DNA of 62,000 bases. Source: Vicugna vicugna (Eukaryota). Each line of letters begins with the position of its first letter. Position 1 is the first letter of the stretch. The translations under genes were made by a program, and so were the position numbers. The notes beneath the pieces are model-generated. The model ran no database searches and had not been told where the DNA came from. It saw only the letters and a program-made list of their open reading frames with translations. Below, in pieces: positions 23,903 through 36,879 of this stretch. Location: contig MU057781.1 of the NCBI GenBank assembly GCA_013265495.1, positions 124,001-186,000 on the forward strand, in the 5' to 3' direction.

Positions 23903-25899
23903 CAGCCCCGAAGGAGGGAAGAGGGTTAAGCATCCCAACCCCCGCTCTTCATCGCAAGAGGAGCGCCCCTTTCACTGGGCCAGAAGCAGACTCCTGCTTT
24001 CCAGAGCAAAGCCCAGGCCAGGCCCCGGGACCCTTCTGGACGCTGCCGTGGTCTCGGCTGTGTGGGAGCGGAGGCGCCCACTGCACACAGACAGCAGGGC
24101 TGCAGGGGCAAGTCCCGGCTGCTGCCCTGGCAGCGGGGGCCCCTCTGGCAGCTGAGATGGGGCCAGGATCCTGGTTCCTTGACTCCCAGGCCAGTGCTCT
24201 GTCTTCCGTCAGCGAGACCAAGACACACTGCAGGCAGACTGACTGGTCTGACGAAGAGAGAAGGCACGTGCGGGGCCATCATGGTGAAGGACCCAGGCCT
24301 GCCGGAGCCAGAGCCGCCCTGAGCCTCGGGGGCCCCCGGGAGCCCACCCTGCACGGGGAGGTTCTTCCCAGCAGGCCCGCCCGCCCGCCGTCTCTCTCTG
24401 ACCAGAATGAATACTTGAGTTTGTGAAGGTTAAACATCGACCTGAAGTGACGTCCTCGTTGCATCAGCAGCGCTGCCGCGAGGGGGGCTCAGCGGAAATC
24501 GCCCTGCAGCCGCCACCCCTCCCACCAGCACCACCTGTGCAAACACAGAAGCCAAACGTGGGGCGGGTCCTGCCTGCGGCTCCTCCGCCCGGGAGCAGTG
24601 TCGCTCTTTCCGATTTTAACAACAAAATTGTGCACTGCCGGGGTCTGGCTCAGCTCGCCCTTGACCGGCACGGGGACTCACTCGTCCGGGGCGTGCAGAG
24701 CTGGGGTGTGGGGCAGGTCAGCGACCAGGGCCTGAGCCAAGAAGAGGGGGGAGGGAGGAATAGCAAGAGAAGAAGAAAAGAAGAAGCAAGAGAGTGAGAA
24801 AGGTAACTGGACACACATGCAGTTCACTTGTGTGAAAATAAGTAAATTGTAAAGTCTTCTGCCAAAACAGCGAGAGCCTGTCACTGCCTCGTTTCTGCGC
24901 TCTGCGGCCTTGATGACATCATTTTATTCATATGTAAGTAAATCAAGTAATACATGAAAAAAAAAGCCCAGCGTGGCCGGCTTTCCAAGACGCGCACTGC
25001 CTCCTTGCCTGTCGGAGCCCCTCCTTCTCCCCTTCCTTCCCCTGCTCCTCCTCCCCGCATGGTCCTCAGAGCCTCCCTGCACCCAGTTCCACTCCTCCAC
25101 CTGCCGCTGAGAAGCTGCACCCATGCCACCACCCTGTCCAAGGGCCGCCGTCACCCCACCCCGTCCTCCTGCTTCAGATGGAGCCCTTGGTCCCACGCTC
25201 CCACTCGCTTTTTTCCCCCTGAGCCCAGGCAGGTGTCTCAGGCACAGTGATGGCGCCTCCCTGTGGGCCAGGGGGAGGCAGGGCACTGGCTGGGGGTCCT
25301 GAGTCATCTGGACACCCCTGCCCTCTGCACAGGGTGTGTGTCGTGTTCCTGGAACCAGGAACATAAGAGACCAGCACTTTGTCAAATGAGGAGCTTATGA
25401 GCCACGTGTCTTGAACAAAGTTTCTAGCATGAAACGTTAAAAAATTATGATTACAACTTTAAAAAAAAAAAGGCTGAAAGGTTGAATTGAGAGAAAAAAA
25501 GAAAAGGTAAAGGGATTTCTGAGAGGCCAAAATGACAAGAGAACCCAAAACGAAGACATGATCCAGCTGAAGCCTCCATCTGACCGGGACGTTTACTGCC
25601 CGTGGCGCCCGAGCGCTCCTGCTTTCTCACGGGGAGGCTGCCCGAGAGACTCCCAGGCAGAGCTGGGGCCCTGGGAAGGTGACACCCTCCGCGTGAGCAG
25701 GAAGGCCTTCCTGCAAAAGGAGGTGGTCAGAAACTGGCCGGATTCCAGCGGTGGGTGGAGAACAGCTCCTCCGAAAATGTGTAAGCACAAACTGTCCCCA
25801 CGTGGAAAAGATATATGTTTGAAGTGGCCCCAGGCACCCGGCAGTGAAGAACGCAAACCCTCTGGAGGAAGACATGGTGAGACCAGTTCCCAGAGACAC

Positions 25900-28800
25900 G
25901 CCACCGAAGATCGAAGGACCTCAGGAAGCAAGGCGCACAGAGGGAAAAGGTTACAGTGACGGAGGTCCGTGGGAAAAGATTGAAACAGAAGGATCGGACC
26001 CCGAAAGGTGAAGAGCGTTAGAAGTACAGGACACAGAATATAGAACAGGCGTGCTTGACGTAGGTAAATAAAATTTAAATATTTTGTGCACTCTTCTAAA
26101 AATATTTAAAATAATACACTAACATTGACTCTAAAAATAAGAGGTCGTAAAAGGCAATGAGGTGAATTTGTAAACGGATTTAATTAACCTCTTAGAAACA
26201 ACACAGTGTTGGAGGTTTAAAACACAATGTGTGGATTAAAAAGCAGGTCAGACACAGCTGAAGAGACAGCAAATGAATGAGGAGATACAGATGAAGGAAC
26301 CAGTGGGAAAGCCCTGCGTGGCGGAGAGAAAACGCAGAGGATAAAGCCGCAGGGCTAACATGCGGCCGGTACGGGTTCTAGGATGTGATGCAAGAGGAAA
26401 GAGAAGAGGAGAGGGGCAGTGCTCGGAGACGCCAAACATTTTCCAGAATGTAAGGAAGCCACATGTCCCCAGTGGCAGATCCCAGCCCGTCGCCGTGGGC
26501 TCTGAAGGAGACTTGGCCCTGCGGTCACCAGCCAGGAAACCCACGGACAACTCTGGCGGGTCATCAAAGCCAGCGTCCGCGGGCGGCAGGCCGGATGGTG
26601 TGGTTTCGGGAGAAATGATGCAGGAAGAGCCGCAGGCACAGTATTAGGCCGCGCTGTCCAGGACCGCGGGGCCGGGCACACAGGTTCCCGGGGCCACCCT
26701 CTGCAAGTCACAGCAGCATTGCCATGTCTCTCCCCTGCTGGGAAATCGGCCAGGAACGGTGCATTTGGCAGTAAACGACAGAGAAGGCTCCTGGACTTGC
26801 AGAGGAAGAGACGGCACCTCAAAACCACCAAGCACGCTCACGTGCTCTGATAAACCCACTCCCTGTCCGTTGCTCGAAATCTTCACGGACCAACCATGAC
26901 GCCTCAGACAGACCCATGGGTTTTCTAATGCGCTTTCAATTTAAATTACTTTTATAGACAGTACCTCACGTGAATGCTTGTCCAGGGTCCCGCCGACACT
27001 AGGCACAGCCTCGGGCGCAAACACTAGCGGAGGGGGAGCTGGTTAAGTGCATGGCTATCAAAGTGCGCTTCAAGACAAGGAGCGTTACTAGAGATTAAAG
27101 AGAAGCAACAGGTAACGATGTGCCAGGACGGTCAAACCATTCTAAACGTACATGTGCTGAATAACATCATCTCAAAATACAAACATAAATACCAGCAGAA
27201 CCTTCTAAAGTAAATAAATTATTAAGGGCAGTGGGAAATTTTAACACATCTCTCCTAGCAACCAATAGAACAGCCAGACAAATACAGAAGTCAGCAAGTA
27301 TACAGAAAAAAATTCAAATGTGGTAACAAAGTTCACCTTTTTTGATAAACATGGAGCACAGTCCCCAACACCTGTGGAAGACGAAGACAAGGGCAAAGTG
27401 AAGACTCGTGAAAACTAACAAACACTGTGAGCGTTTACTCCAGCAGACTCGCACTAGAGGGAGGCACCATGAGGGTCTGGAGAAGGAAGGGCATGGTGGC
27501 GGGGGGAAGGTCAGAGATGCAGCTGAGCAGCGAGCACAGGCAGCAGCAAGGTGCCGGGGGGCCTACGCCTCCCTCGCCCCACCTCTGCCCCCGTAGTCAG
27601 TGAGTGCCCGGCAGAGTTAAAAATTAAGCGAGAACTAACGCTCTGCACAAAAATAGCATGTCAATCTGGAATGAAGTAAAAAGGCTGATTAAATTTTAAC
27701 TTGGTTAAATATGCATGTTAGAATTTCTAGAGCAAATACTACAAGAATAAAAATAGAGTTTGGCAAGCTTTGAAAAATCAACATACAAGAGTTATTTGCA
27801 TTTTCATAATACATGCAAGTGGAGCACATATAATTTAAAAATACGTAATATTTAAAATAGAAACAAAAATTATGAGGTTCCTAAGAGTAATCTAACAAAA
27901 AACGTGTAATTTCTTTACGGTTAAAATTGTTTAACTTTGCTGGGATAGTAAAGGAAAAAAAGCCTTAAAAAGTGTATAGACCATGTATGGATAAGAGGAC
28001 TGAATATTTTAAAGCTGTCAATATTTTCCACAAAATGATGTATAATTTTAATGCAAACAGAATAACCCAAAGTGGGGGAGATTTTATGTGTACACAGCAT
28101 ATGCTTGACATGCGAATTCTAAAACGCATACACACGTGTTAAGGGCAAGAACAGCTGAGACACGACAGACTGGTCAAACGTCTTCTCAACAAATGATGTG
28201 GAAACTTCTGGATAAAAGTATGAAACACAATACAGATAAACAAAGACTGGACCCCTACCTTCTACCACACGAAACTTACTGCAAGATGTAGCACAGAATT
28301 AAAAGTGAAATCCAAAATTATTAAGGCTTTTTGGAAGAAAGCATGTTTCAAATTCTTCCCAACCTTGGGGTTGACGAAAATACAAGAGAATACAGAAGGC
28401 AGGAAACAGCAAAGAAACAGTGGGTGAATTCGTTTCCATCAAAATTTAAAACTTCTGCTCTTCAAAAGCCACCACCAGGAAAGTGCAGGTATAATTCACA
28501 AACTGGTAGGAAAAAAATTCATAAGCCATACCTCTGACAAAGGATCCAGAGTGGATAAAGAACATCCGCTATATAGAAAAACTTCCGCACGTCAGCAGCA
28601 AAAGAATGCGGTCCGATAAGAAACGATGTGACTAGACATTTCACCAAATAAGGAATACAAATGACTGATGCAAATTAAATGTTAATAAGCTCATGAGAAG
28701 TTGCTAAACATCATTAATTACTAGGGAAAATGCGAATTGCAATCCAAGAGAGAGAGCATTTCACATCTCCCCAGGACGGCTGAAATCGACAGAAAAACAA

Positions 28801-29400
28801 AAAACCAAAACTCACCAAGTGACCCTACCTAACACCAGCAGGCTGTGGAGTCACCAGAGCGCGTGTTTGCTGAGGGTCCTGGTGGCCCGTTGCTCTGGAA
28901 GTGCGTTTGCCATGAGACCAATAACTCCACCCCAGCGACTTACCTGAGACACGTGAAAACACCTGTCTGCAATAAACGCGTCCAAACTGTCTGAGCAGAT
29001 TCGGTCATAAGAGCCCCAAACTGGAAACATTCCAAGCGTCCATCAACAGGAAAAGGGAAAACAGATCGTGGCGTGTTGCAGCAATGGTTCACTGCTCAGC
29101 AGTGAAACAGGGCCTCACTGCTGCCCCCAACACTGGTTAACAGCAAAAGCCCTGTGTGGAGGGAAAGCAACCAGACGCAAGCGGACATGCACTTAGCGCG
29201 TCCGTTTTCTCCCAAGTCCAAGAACGGGGAAAAGTCGTCTATCGTGACAGACATTAGGACAGAGGTTGCCATGGGGTGGAGACTGAGTTGAAGGGGGCCC
29301 ATTTGAGTGGATGGGGTTACACAGGTGCAAACGTTTGTCAGGTCTCATCAAATCTCACACTTTAAGATCTAAGGGTGTCACTCTGTGTCAGTTTGTCTCA
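25900..29400 (+). mobile_element. Ancient degenerate LINE-1 (L1M/L1ME-like): ORF1, ORF2 and 3' end fragments
   Basis: A-rich sense L1 phrases: 'aacattttccagaatg' (ORF1), 'ggaaattttaacacatctctc', 'tggacccctaccttctaccacac', 'agccccaaactggaaac', 'ttacacaggtgcaaacgtttgtca'. Confidence 0.75.
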
Positions 29401-29464
29401 TAACAACGTAAGTAAATGGCCCCTAAGGCGGAGAAGTGCTGCCAGGTGGAAGCACTTGTTTACG

Positions 29465-30805
29465 CTTTTAAAAATTAAACTTTTTACTTGAGTTAGTTGT
29501 TGATTCACAGGCGATTTTAAGAAATAATGCAGAGAGACCCCGGGTGCCTCCATGCAGGTCCCTCCAACCGTAACATTCCACGAATGTGCAGTCCATCCGC
29601 ACAGCCAGGATTCTGGCAGAGAAGCAGTCAGGAAGCGACCCTCCTCGTCACAGGGCCCCGCGACGTCGCCCCATCAGAGCCCGCCCCCTTCTGCGCGGCT
29701 CCCCCTCCGCCTTAACTAAGCTGCCCTCCATTTCCAGTTTTGTCACTCCAAGCGGGGATGCAAATGGGGTGACGTGGCGTGTAGTCTTCTGTGGGTGTTC
29801 TCGGTCACTCAGAGGGCCCTCTGCAGGCTCAGCCAGGATGGCGTGCGTGTCCGGAGCTCGCTCTTGGTAGCCAAGAGGTTCGCATGGTGCGGCTGTCTCG
29901 CAGTCTCCGTAGCCGCGTAGCCTTGGAACGCCGTCTGGACTGACTCGCACGTCTGCCGCTGTGAACAGAGCATCTGCAAACAGCCGCGCACCGGCTTTTA
30001 TATAAACGTGTTTGTGCTTCCCTGGGATAAATGTCCAGAAATGCAATTTCTGGGTCATATGAGACTTTGGCTTTTTAAGAAACTGTCCGATTACTCTCCA
30101 GAGTGCCTTTACCAATTTGCATGCCCTTATGAGAAATCCAGTTTCTCCTCGGCCTGCCAGCATTTGATGCTGTCACTGAAAAAGAAAACAGATCCGTCCT
30201 GGCAGGTGCGTGGTGGCGGCCTCACTGCGCCTCTTTCCCTGACTGGCTGAGCGTCTGCCTGAGCTCGCTTGCCGACTGTGTTTCCTCTTGGGTCCGGTGT
30301 CTCCTCACAGCTCCGCCCCCTTTCTAGCGGGGCTGCCTGTTGCACTGGCGTTGACTTAGGAGCACTCCTTACATGGTTTGCACAGCAATCCTTTGTTGGA
30401 CAAGTGCTTGTTGGCAAATATTTTCTCTCAGTGTTTACCTTGTTTTTTCATCCACTGAACAAGGTCTTTCATAGAGCAAAATACGTTAATTCTGATAAGT
30501 CCACTTTATTATATTTTTCCCTTTTGTGGGTCACACTTTTAGTGTCCAGTCTAGGAACTCTTTGCCTGGCCCTGGAGAGCAAATGTTTACTCTCATGCTT
30601 TTTTTTTTCTTGAAGTTTCATGGGTATTATCTTTCATAAAAGTCCGTGAGTCATTTTGAATTGACGTTTGAAAGAGAAGCGAGATTCAGGTCAAGGTGCT
30701 GGTTGGTTTGTTTTGCTTATGTCATTTCAATCGCTCCTGCACCATTTGTTGAGAAGGGTACCTTTCCTTCCTTGAGCCGCTTCTGCAGCTTTGCTAGAAA
30801 TCAGT
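29465..30805 (-). mobile_element. L1MC-like 3' end
   Basis: Starts with the L1MC terminus 'gattcacaggcgattttaagaaataatgcagagagaccc'; also 'ctgggataaatgtccagaaatgcaatttctgggtcatatg' and 'gcaccatttgttgagaagg'. Confidence 0.75.
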
Positions 30806-30811
30806 TAGGCG

Positions 30812-31240
30812 CGCAGAAACAACCCAAGTGTCCGTCAGCTGGTGGATGGACAAAATGTGGCACTTCCATTCGAAGGAGCATCAGCCATAAAAGGAATGAA
30901 GTGCTGACGCCGGCGGCGACGTGGACGCAGCTCGAAAACATCATGGTGAGTGAAGGAAGCCAGTCACACGGGATCACATATGCGATTCCATTTTTGTGAA
31001 GCGTCTAGAATAGGCAAACCTATAGCGGCAGAAAACAGACCGGTGTTGCTTAAGACCAGGGGAGACGTGAGGATCAGGCAGCGACTGCTTAGTGGTTGGG
31101 GGTCTCTGCTAAAGCGATGAGAGTTCCAAAGTCACCTGAGACGGCAGCTGCACACATCCGTGAATACACCAGAAGCACTTAAGCAGGCGCTTTAAGTGGG
31201 TGACGTGTGCCTCAATGAAGCTGTTAACCGTTTAAAACAA
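30812..31240 (+). mobile_element. L1MB-like 3' end
   Basis: 'aaacaacccaagtgtccgtcagctggtggatggacaaaatgtgg', 'agccataaaaggaatgaagtgctga', ending 'ctcaatgaagctgtt'. Confidence 0.8.
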
Positions 31241-31427
31241 ACATTACCCAGCTGGCTCGCTCTGTGCTGAGGGGCCGTCCTGGCCACTGCAGGGTGGTTA
31301 GTACCTCCAGCCTCTCCCCAGTGGGTCCCAGCAGCAACCCTGCAAGTACAGCAGTCGAAACACGTCCCGAGACACCGCCAGCACCCCTGAGGGGGCCCGA
31401 TGTCTCAGAACAAGAAAACAGCCAAAA

Positions 31428-31454
31428 AAGAAGAAGAAGAAGAAGAAGAAGAAG
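31428..31454. repeat. (AAG)9 microsatellite
   Basis: Read directly from the sequence. Confidence 0.95.
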
Positions 31455-34039
31455 GCGGCTCTTGAAGCCCAGGCCCGTGGTCACCGCGGCCGCGGCAGAG
31501 CCATCCCGTGGGGGTCCTGGGATGGGTTCCGCAGCTGTCACCCTCCTCGTGTCGGCACATGTGCCCTGGAGCAACGTGGGCCACCTGCTGACCGTCCCCT
31601 AAAAGACGGCTCCTTCACTCCCTGGCAGAAGCCCCTTCTCTCTAGGTCCACCCGGTGGAGCGCCACGGGGGTGGTAAACAGGCCCCTGGGTCGTCCTGGT
31701 GCTGATTGCGGTGGCGAGGTGGGCGTGACTGCCCTGTGAGGTGAGTCTGCACCAGCCCCGTGGTCGTCACCTTCCCCAGCTCACCTCACCCAGGATGGCT
31801 CGGGCTACGGAGCTGCCACTTGCCGTGGTGCAGACCCTCCCCCGGCCGAAGAAGCATCCTGCCCGGAGGAAGGGCCCAGCTCTGGTCCACACACACGTCC
31901 TCCGTGTCGACACCACAGATCGCCTCAGCTCCCGGGAGCATCCAGTGCCTTCCTGCCGCAGAGGAAGGGCCCTCTCTTGAACGACGTCCCCGAAGGAGAA
32001 GTCCTTACTCAGACATCTCAGGGAAGAACACAGAGGACAGCTGTGACCGGCCACCAAGGCTGCTGCGCCTGTCCCTTCATTCTGACTGGACCTTCCACAG
32101 GAAAAGGCGTTAAAAGGCGTATTTGGAGACGGCTGCGGCGCCTGCAAGAATGATCCCACTTCCGCCATCAAGCAGCAGGATGGCCTGAAATGACATCAGT
32201 CACGCGCTGTGGTGTCCCCTGGGAGCCTGCCTCAAGGAGGGCCTATAAATAAAAGATGCAAAAGCAGGCCCTCTTCCCTGGGCTCAGCAGAGGCCGGGAG
32301 TGGAGGAGGCGCACACAGGAAGCCCGCACGCCCCCACCAGCGGGAACGACACAGCCGGCCGCCTGCTCGGCCCAGAGGTGCGGCTGTCGCCCTGGAGGCC
32401 ACCAGAGCCATGCAAGGCGGCCTGCGTCAGGACCAAGCCCTCCCGACGAGCGCTGTGCCCCCAGACTCGGCCCTGAGGACCGGGCCTGGGGGCAGCCGGG
32501 CAGCAGCAGGACAGAGCTCCCTGCCGAGGATGAGGAAGGTCTCAGAACGGCTCTGTGGAGCAGCACGCTGTGCGGTCCCCCACACGCACAGACCTGCCTC
32601 GGGGGTCGCGGAGAGGAAAGGTGGGTCGGGAACCAGCGGCGCGCTCCACTGAGACGTCTGGAGCCAAACCTCCTCCCCTGTTCCTCTTCCAAGTCTTCTT
32701 CCCTGGGACGAGACGTTCTCCCTGCGGGCGAGCGCTGCTGTGTGGGTGAAGCCAGGAATCTGCGTGGAAGGAAAGCAGAGAATGAGTCTCATTAAAGGAG
32801 GGCAGCCCAGCCCCGAAGTCACAGGAGGAAGGGGGGGCGGTCCAGCCCTGGAGGAGGAAGAGGAGAGTGGACTAGCCCCTTCCAAGGAGAGACGAGGTGG
32901 CGTCTCAGGGGCGTCCCAAATGCCAGCTTCTCCACCCAGCCCACCTGGGCACAGGCTGTCCCCCCCGTGTAAGCCCTCCTCCGTCCCCAGGGCCACCTCA
33001 AAGGCACTTTCGTGTGGGCCTGGCACTTTCAGGCGGAGCTAGTCACCGTCTTTCCCACGTTCACGCAAAGTGCGCTGAAATGCGGCAGTGCTGGCCGGCC
33101 CTGGGAAGGGCCTTCAGCTCCCCAGGACCCAGAGCAGAGCTGGACAAACAGCAAGCACCCCGTCAGTGAGCGGCAGGTTGAGTGGAGGACAGAGTAAGTG
33201 AATGAAAAGCAAAGGCAACAATTTTATGCTGTCAGCGTAACATATGGGTACACGACTAGTGATGCAGTCAGCTTGTCGAATGCACACCTTTGCCACCTCC
33301 ACGCATTGTCATCCGTAAACAAGTAAACAAGAAGATGCAAAGTCACTTTAAAAAAAACTTCAACAAACAAGTAATATAAAATGGCAGAGTTCCTCTTTTA
33401 ATGTCAGTCTATGCACAGAATCCTTTCCCACAAGCGTAAGGCGACTTTGTTGCAGCAATACTATTGAGTATCCAGAGAGGTAACTTCAAAACCAAAAAGC
33501 ATCCCCGAGCTGCCCTGGGGCGGCGCGGGGGAGGCGCAAAGGCTCAGAGGCCCACCCGCCCGGCCACACCGCCGGCACTGCAAAACCACACTCCCTCCGC
33601 CCATGGGGAGGGAGTCGTATTTCATGCCAAGGACAGACTTCTGAGGATCAATTACCATCAACCCACACACACTATTCCATCATTTCTCACAAATTGCCAA
33701 GAAGGGGGTGCCGTGTGAAGCCTTCGCATCAGAAGACATTTGGCAAGCGAGTCGCTGGGAGTTATTTAGAATATTTCGTGGGGGTGGATGGTGGGATGCA
33801 GACGCTGAAAACCGTTCTGCACACCTGTTTTCCGTATCTCTTTTTACAACATCTTCCGTCCAGCCAGTGACCAGCTCCACCTCAGCAAAACGCACACTAG
33901 TTTCGGGCCTTCCAAAGCAGGTTGCTTCGCCCGCCTTGTTCATTCTCCAATTTATGCCTCTTTTTTTTGTTCTGTTCTTCCTACATCTTTCCATAAGGAA
34001 GATGCCTGGTCCAATGCCTCCATTACCTCCATTCATGTT

Positions 34040-35130
34040 CTTTTAATTTTTAATGTTAATTTTTTTAAATGTGGTAAAGGACAGAAAGCATAACATTTAT
34101 TATCCCAAACATTTTAAAGTGTGCCGTTAGTGGCGCTGAGAGCATTCACATTGTTGTGCAAACATCACCGACATTCATCTCTAGAAATGTTTTCATCTCG
34201 CAAAACTGAAACTCCCTGCTCGTTAAACAGCAGCTCCCGCTCCGCCCGCCCGCAGCCCTGGGAACCGCCGCGGACTTCCCGCCTCCGTGCACCTGAGCCC
34301 TCCGGGGCCCTCGTGCGGGTGGAATCGCAGCGTTTGTCCTTTTGGGACTGGCAGCTCCACTCACCGTGATGTCTGCAGGGTCCGTCAATGCTGTGCCGCT
34401 TCTCATAATCTCTGTTCTTTTTCAGGCTGAACGGCGTCCCGTCGTGGGTGCAGACTCCACTTGGTTCACGAGTCATCCTCGGCCAGCGCTCGCATTGCTT
34501 CCACTTCCAGCTGATTGTGAATAATGCTGCTATGGGCACAGACGTGCAGCCATCTCCGAGGCCCTGCTCTCGATTCTTTTGGGGACAGACGCAGCAGGGG
34601 ACCTGCTGGGTCATGTGGAAATCCTACTTTTCATTTTTCGAGTTACCACCACGTTATTTTCCCACAGCGGCAGCACCATCTTGCACCCCCGCCCACAGGG
34701 CCAGGTGTTCCAGTGTCTCCACGTTCTCCCAGCACTTCCTGTTCTCTGTTTCATTTTGCTGCGTTTCTGATGGCAGCCAGCCTGGTGGGCGTGCGCTGGC
34801 GTCTCATGGCGGTGTGACGTGCATCCCGAATGGTCAGTGACGTTGAACATTCTTTTCATGTGCTTATTGGCCATTTGTATATCTTCTTTGAAGAAAAGTC
34901 CATTCAAGTCCCTTGTCCTTTTTGTGATCAGATTGTTTGTTTTTTGTTGCTGAACTGTCAGAGTTCCTGATACATTCTGGATACTAACCCTTTATTGGAG
35001 GAATGATTTGCAAACATTTTCTCCTAGTCTGCGGATTGCCCGTTCACTCCGTAGATTCTGCCCTTTGATGCACAGAGGTTTTTTGTCTCGATGTTGGCCA
35101 GTTCACCTGTTTTTCTTTTGTTGCAACCTC
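34040..35130 (-). mobile_element. L1MB-like 3' end
   Basis: 'cattcacattgttgtgcaaacatcacc...aaactgaaactc' and 'tgacgttgaacattcttttcatgtgcttattggccatttgtatatcttctttg'. Confidence 0.85.
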
Positions 35131-36879
35131 CATTCCTTTTTGCAACCTCTCTCTTTGCTCCATCGTCCTCCCCTCCATCCTCGGCGAGCTGGCGAGCTCC
35201 AGGAGGCCTTAGGCCTTCTGAACAACCCGTGCCTTAGACTCTGACTGTCAGGGTTAGAATCTTAGTTCAAACCCTCTCTGAGCAACTCCAACCAAGGCAT
35301 TTCACGCGTGCAGCTCCGTCTTCTCAGGGACACAGCATAGACGTCCTGACATTGCCTTGGCGTGCTGCAGTGACAACACAAAGCCGGGGCAAATGTCCCT
35401 TCTCAGCAGAGTTCTCTCCTTCCTGCTTCCAGGAGCACGTGGGCTGGGTCTTCACCGTCACGGAGGCCCCATGGACCTGCTGTGCGTTCAGTAAACGTTT
35501 GGTAAACAGGGGAGCCCTGCCTGGCCCCCATTTCACATCCTAGACTGATGCCTCAGGGCCCCCTTCTTCCCTTCTCTGGGCCCGCTCCATTTACACACAG
35601 CACAGGCGGTCTCCTCTGAAAGTGCACCGGATGGAAACACTTCGTAGCCGAGATCATCCTAAGAAGTAAGTCGCACGCGCTTTTACACACGGTTGAGATT
35701 AGGTTCAGCTAACTAGTAGCAAAAGTAAACAACTGCCTACTTGGTCCGTCTATGCTGTTTAAGCGTTCATGTTTGGGGTTTTCCTTCTTATACGCAGACG
35801 TGCTGAGGACCGCCGTCCAGGACCAGGGCTCTGCTCCCGGACGGCTTCGGGAACGCGCCTCCTGTGTGTCCCAGGTGGTCCCCGGTGGAGTGCAGCTGTA
35901 GGGTGAGCAGAGCAAGGCCGTGTGAGAAGGCCACAGGTGCAGGCCAGCTGGTCTTTAAGGAAGGGTCCAGAGACTGTCATCCACTGGGAGCCTGCGGGGC
36001 ACTGCTTTGTCCCAGTGCCATGCCTATCTGCAAGGGACTCTGGGAAAATCAGCATTTGGACCTGGGGGAAGGGTGTCTCAGCTAAAAACTCCATTACTCT
36101 GCGGGCAGGAAAAAGGCTTTTAGGTAACAGCTAGCAGCCTCAGCCACGGAGAATATCCCATGAGAATTTACACTTTGCAGAAAAGACAAATTTACAGAAA
36201 GCTGCGTTCATGGTCTCAGAGCAAACTCGTGGACAGTCGCACACACGGGACTGACTACACAAGGCACGAGGACGTTGCTTTTGAGGGCACCACACTCTAC
36301 ACTTTGGGACTGAGGGCCTAGGTCTGCATCCTGACGCATCAGCTCTGTGACCTTCAGCAACGGCCTTGAGCTCTCGGCCTGGCACATCACAGACACTCAC
36401 GTTCGACGTGCACAGCACACTGCCACAGAGGCAGTATTTTCATCTTGTACATCAGATGACACTGAGGCTAGGAGGACCACCACCCTGGTCACGCACACGG
36501 GCTGAGAGAGGACGGGCTTGCTTCATGCTGGGCGTGCAGCAGGACAAGTGGCCCCTGGAGCTCCAGCACCCAGCGCTTTGGTTGGTTGGCTGGCGCAAGA
36601 TTGCCCCCTTTTCACTGATACCGTTTTGAAAGTTACCTTTCATTTAATCATGTCTCTGTCCCATGAGTCCCGGCAGTGCCTTCTCAAAGGTTCCCAGATG
36701 TCACCACACGATGCTCCCACTTAGGGACCAGGGACAGCTGCTCAGTCACATGGCCACCACTGTTCTGGCACGTGGTGGATTCTCCTAGAACTTTGGGAAC
36801 TGCATGGCACTCTCCAGTTACAGTTCTCGGATAGAAGAATTTGCTACAGGAAAACACTAATTATTTTGGTTTTGCATCT

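Noticed and set aside
30790..30830. Opposite-strand L1 junction suggesting twin priming
   Set aside because: Both pieces carry their own 3' ends and appear to be different subfamilies, so independent insertions are more likely.
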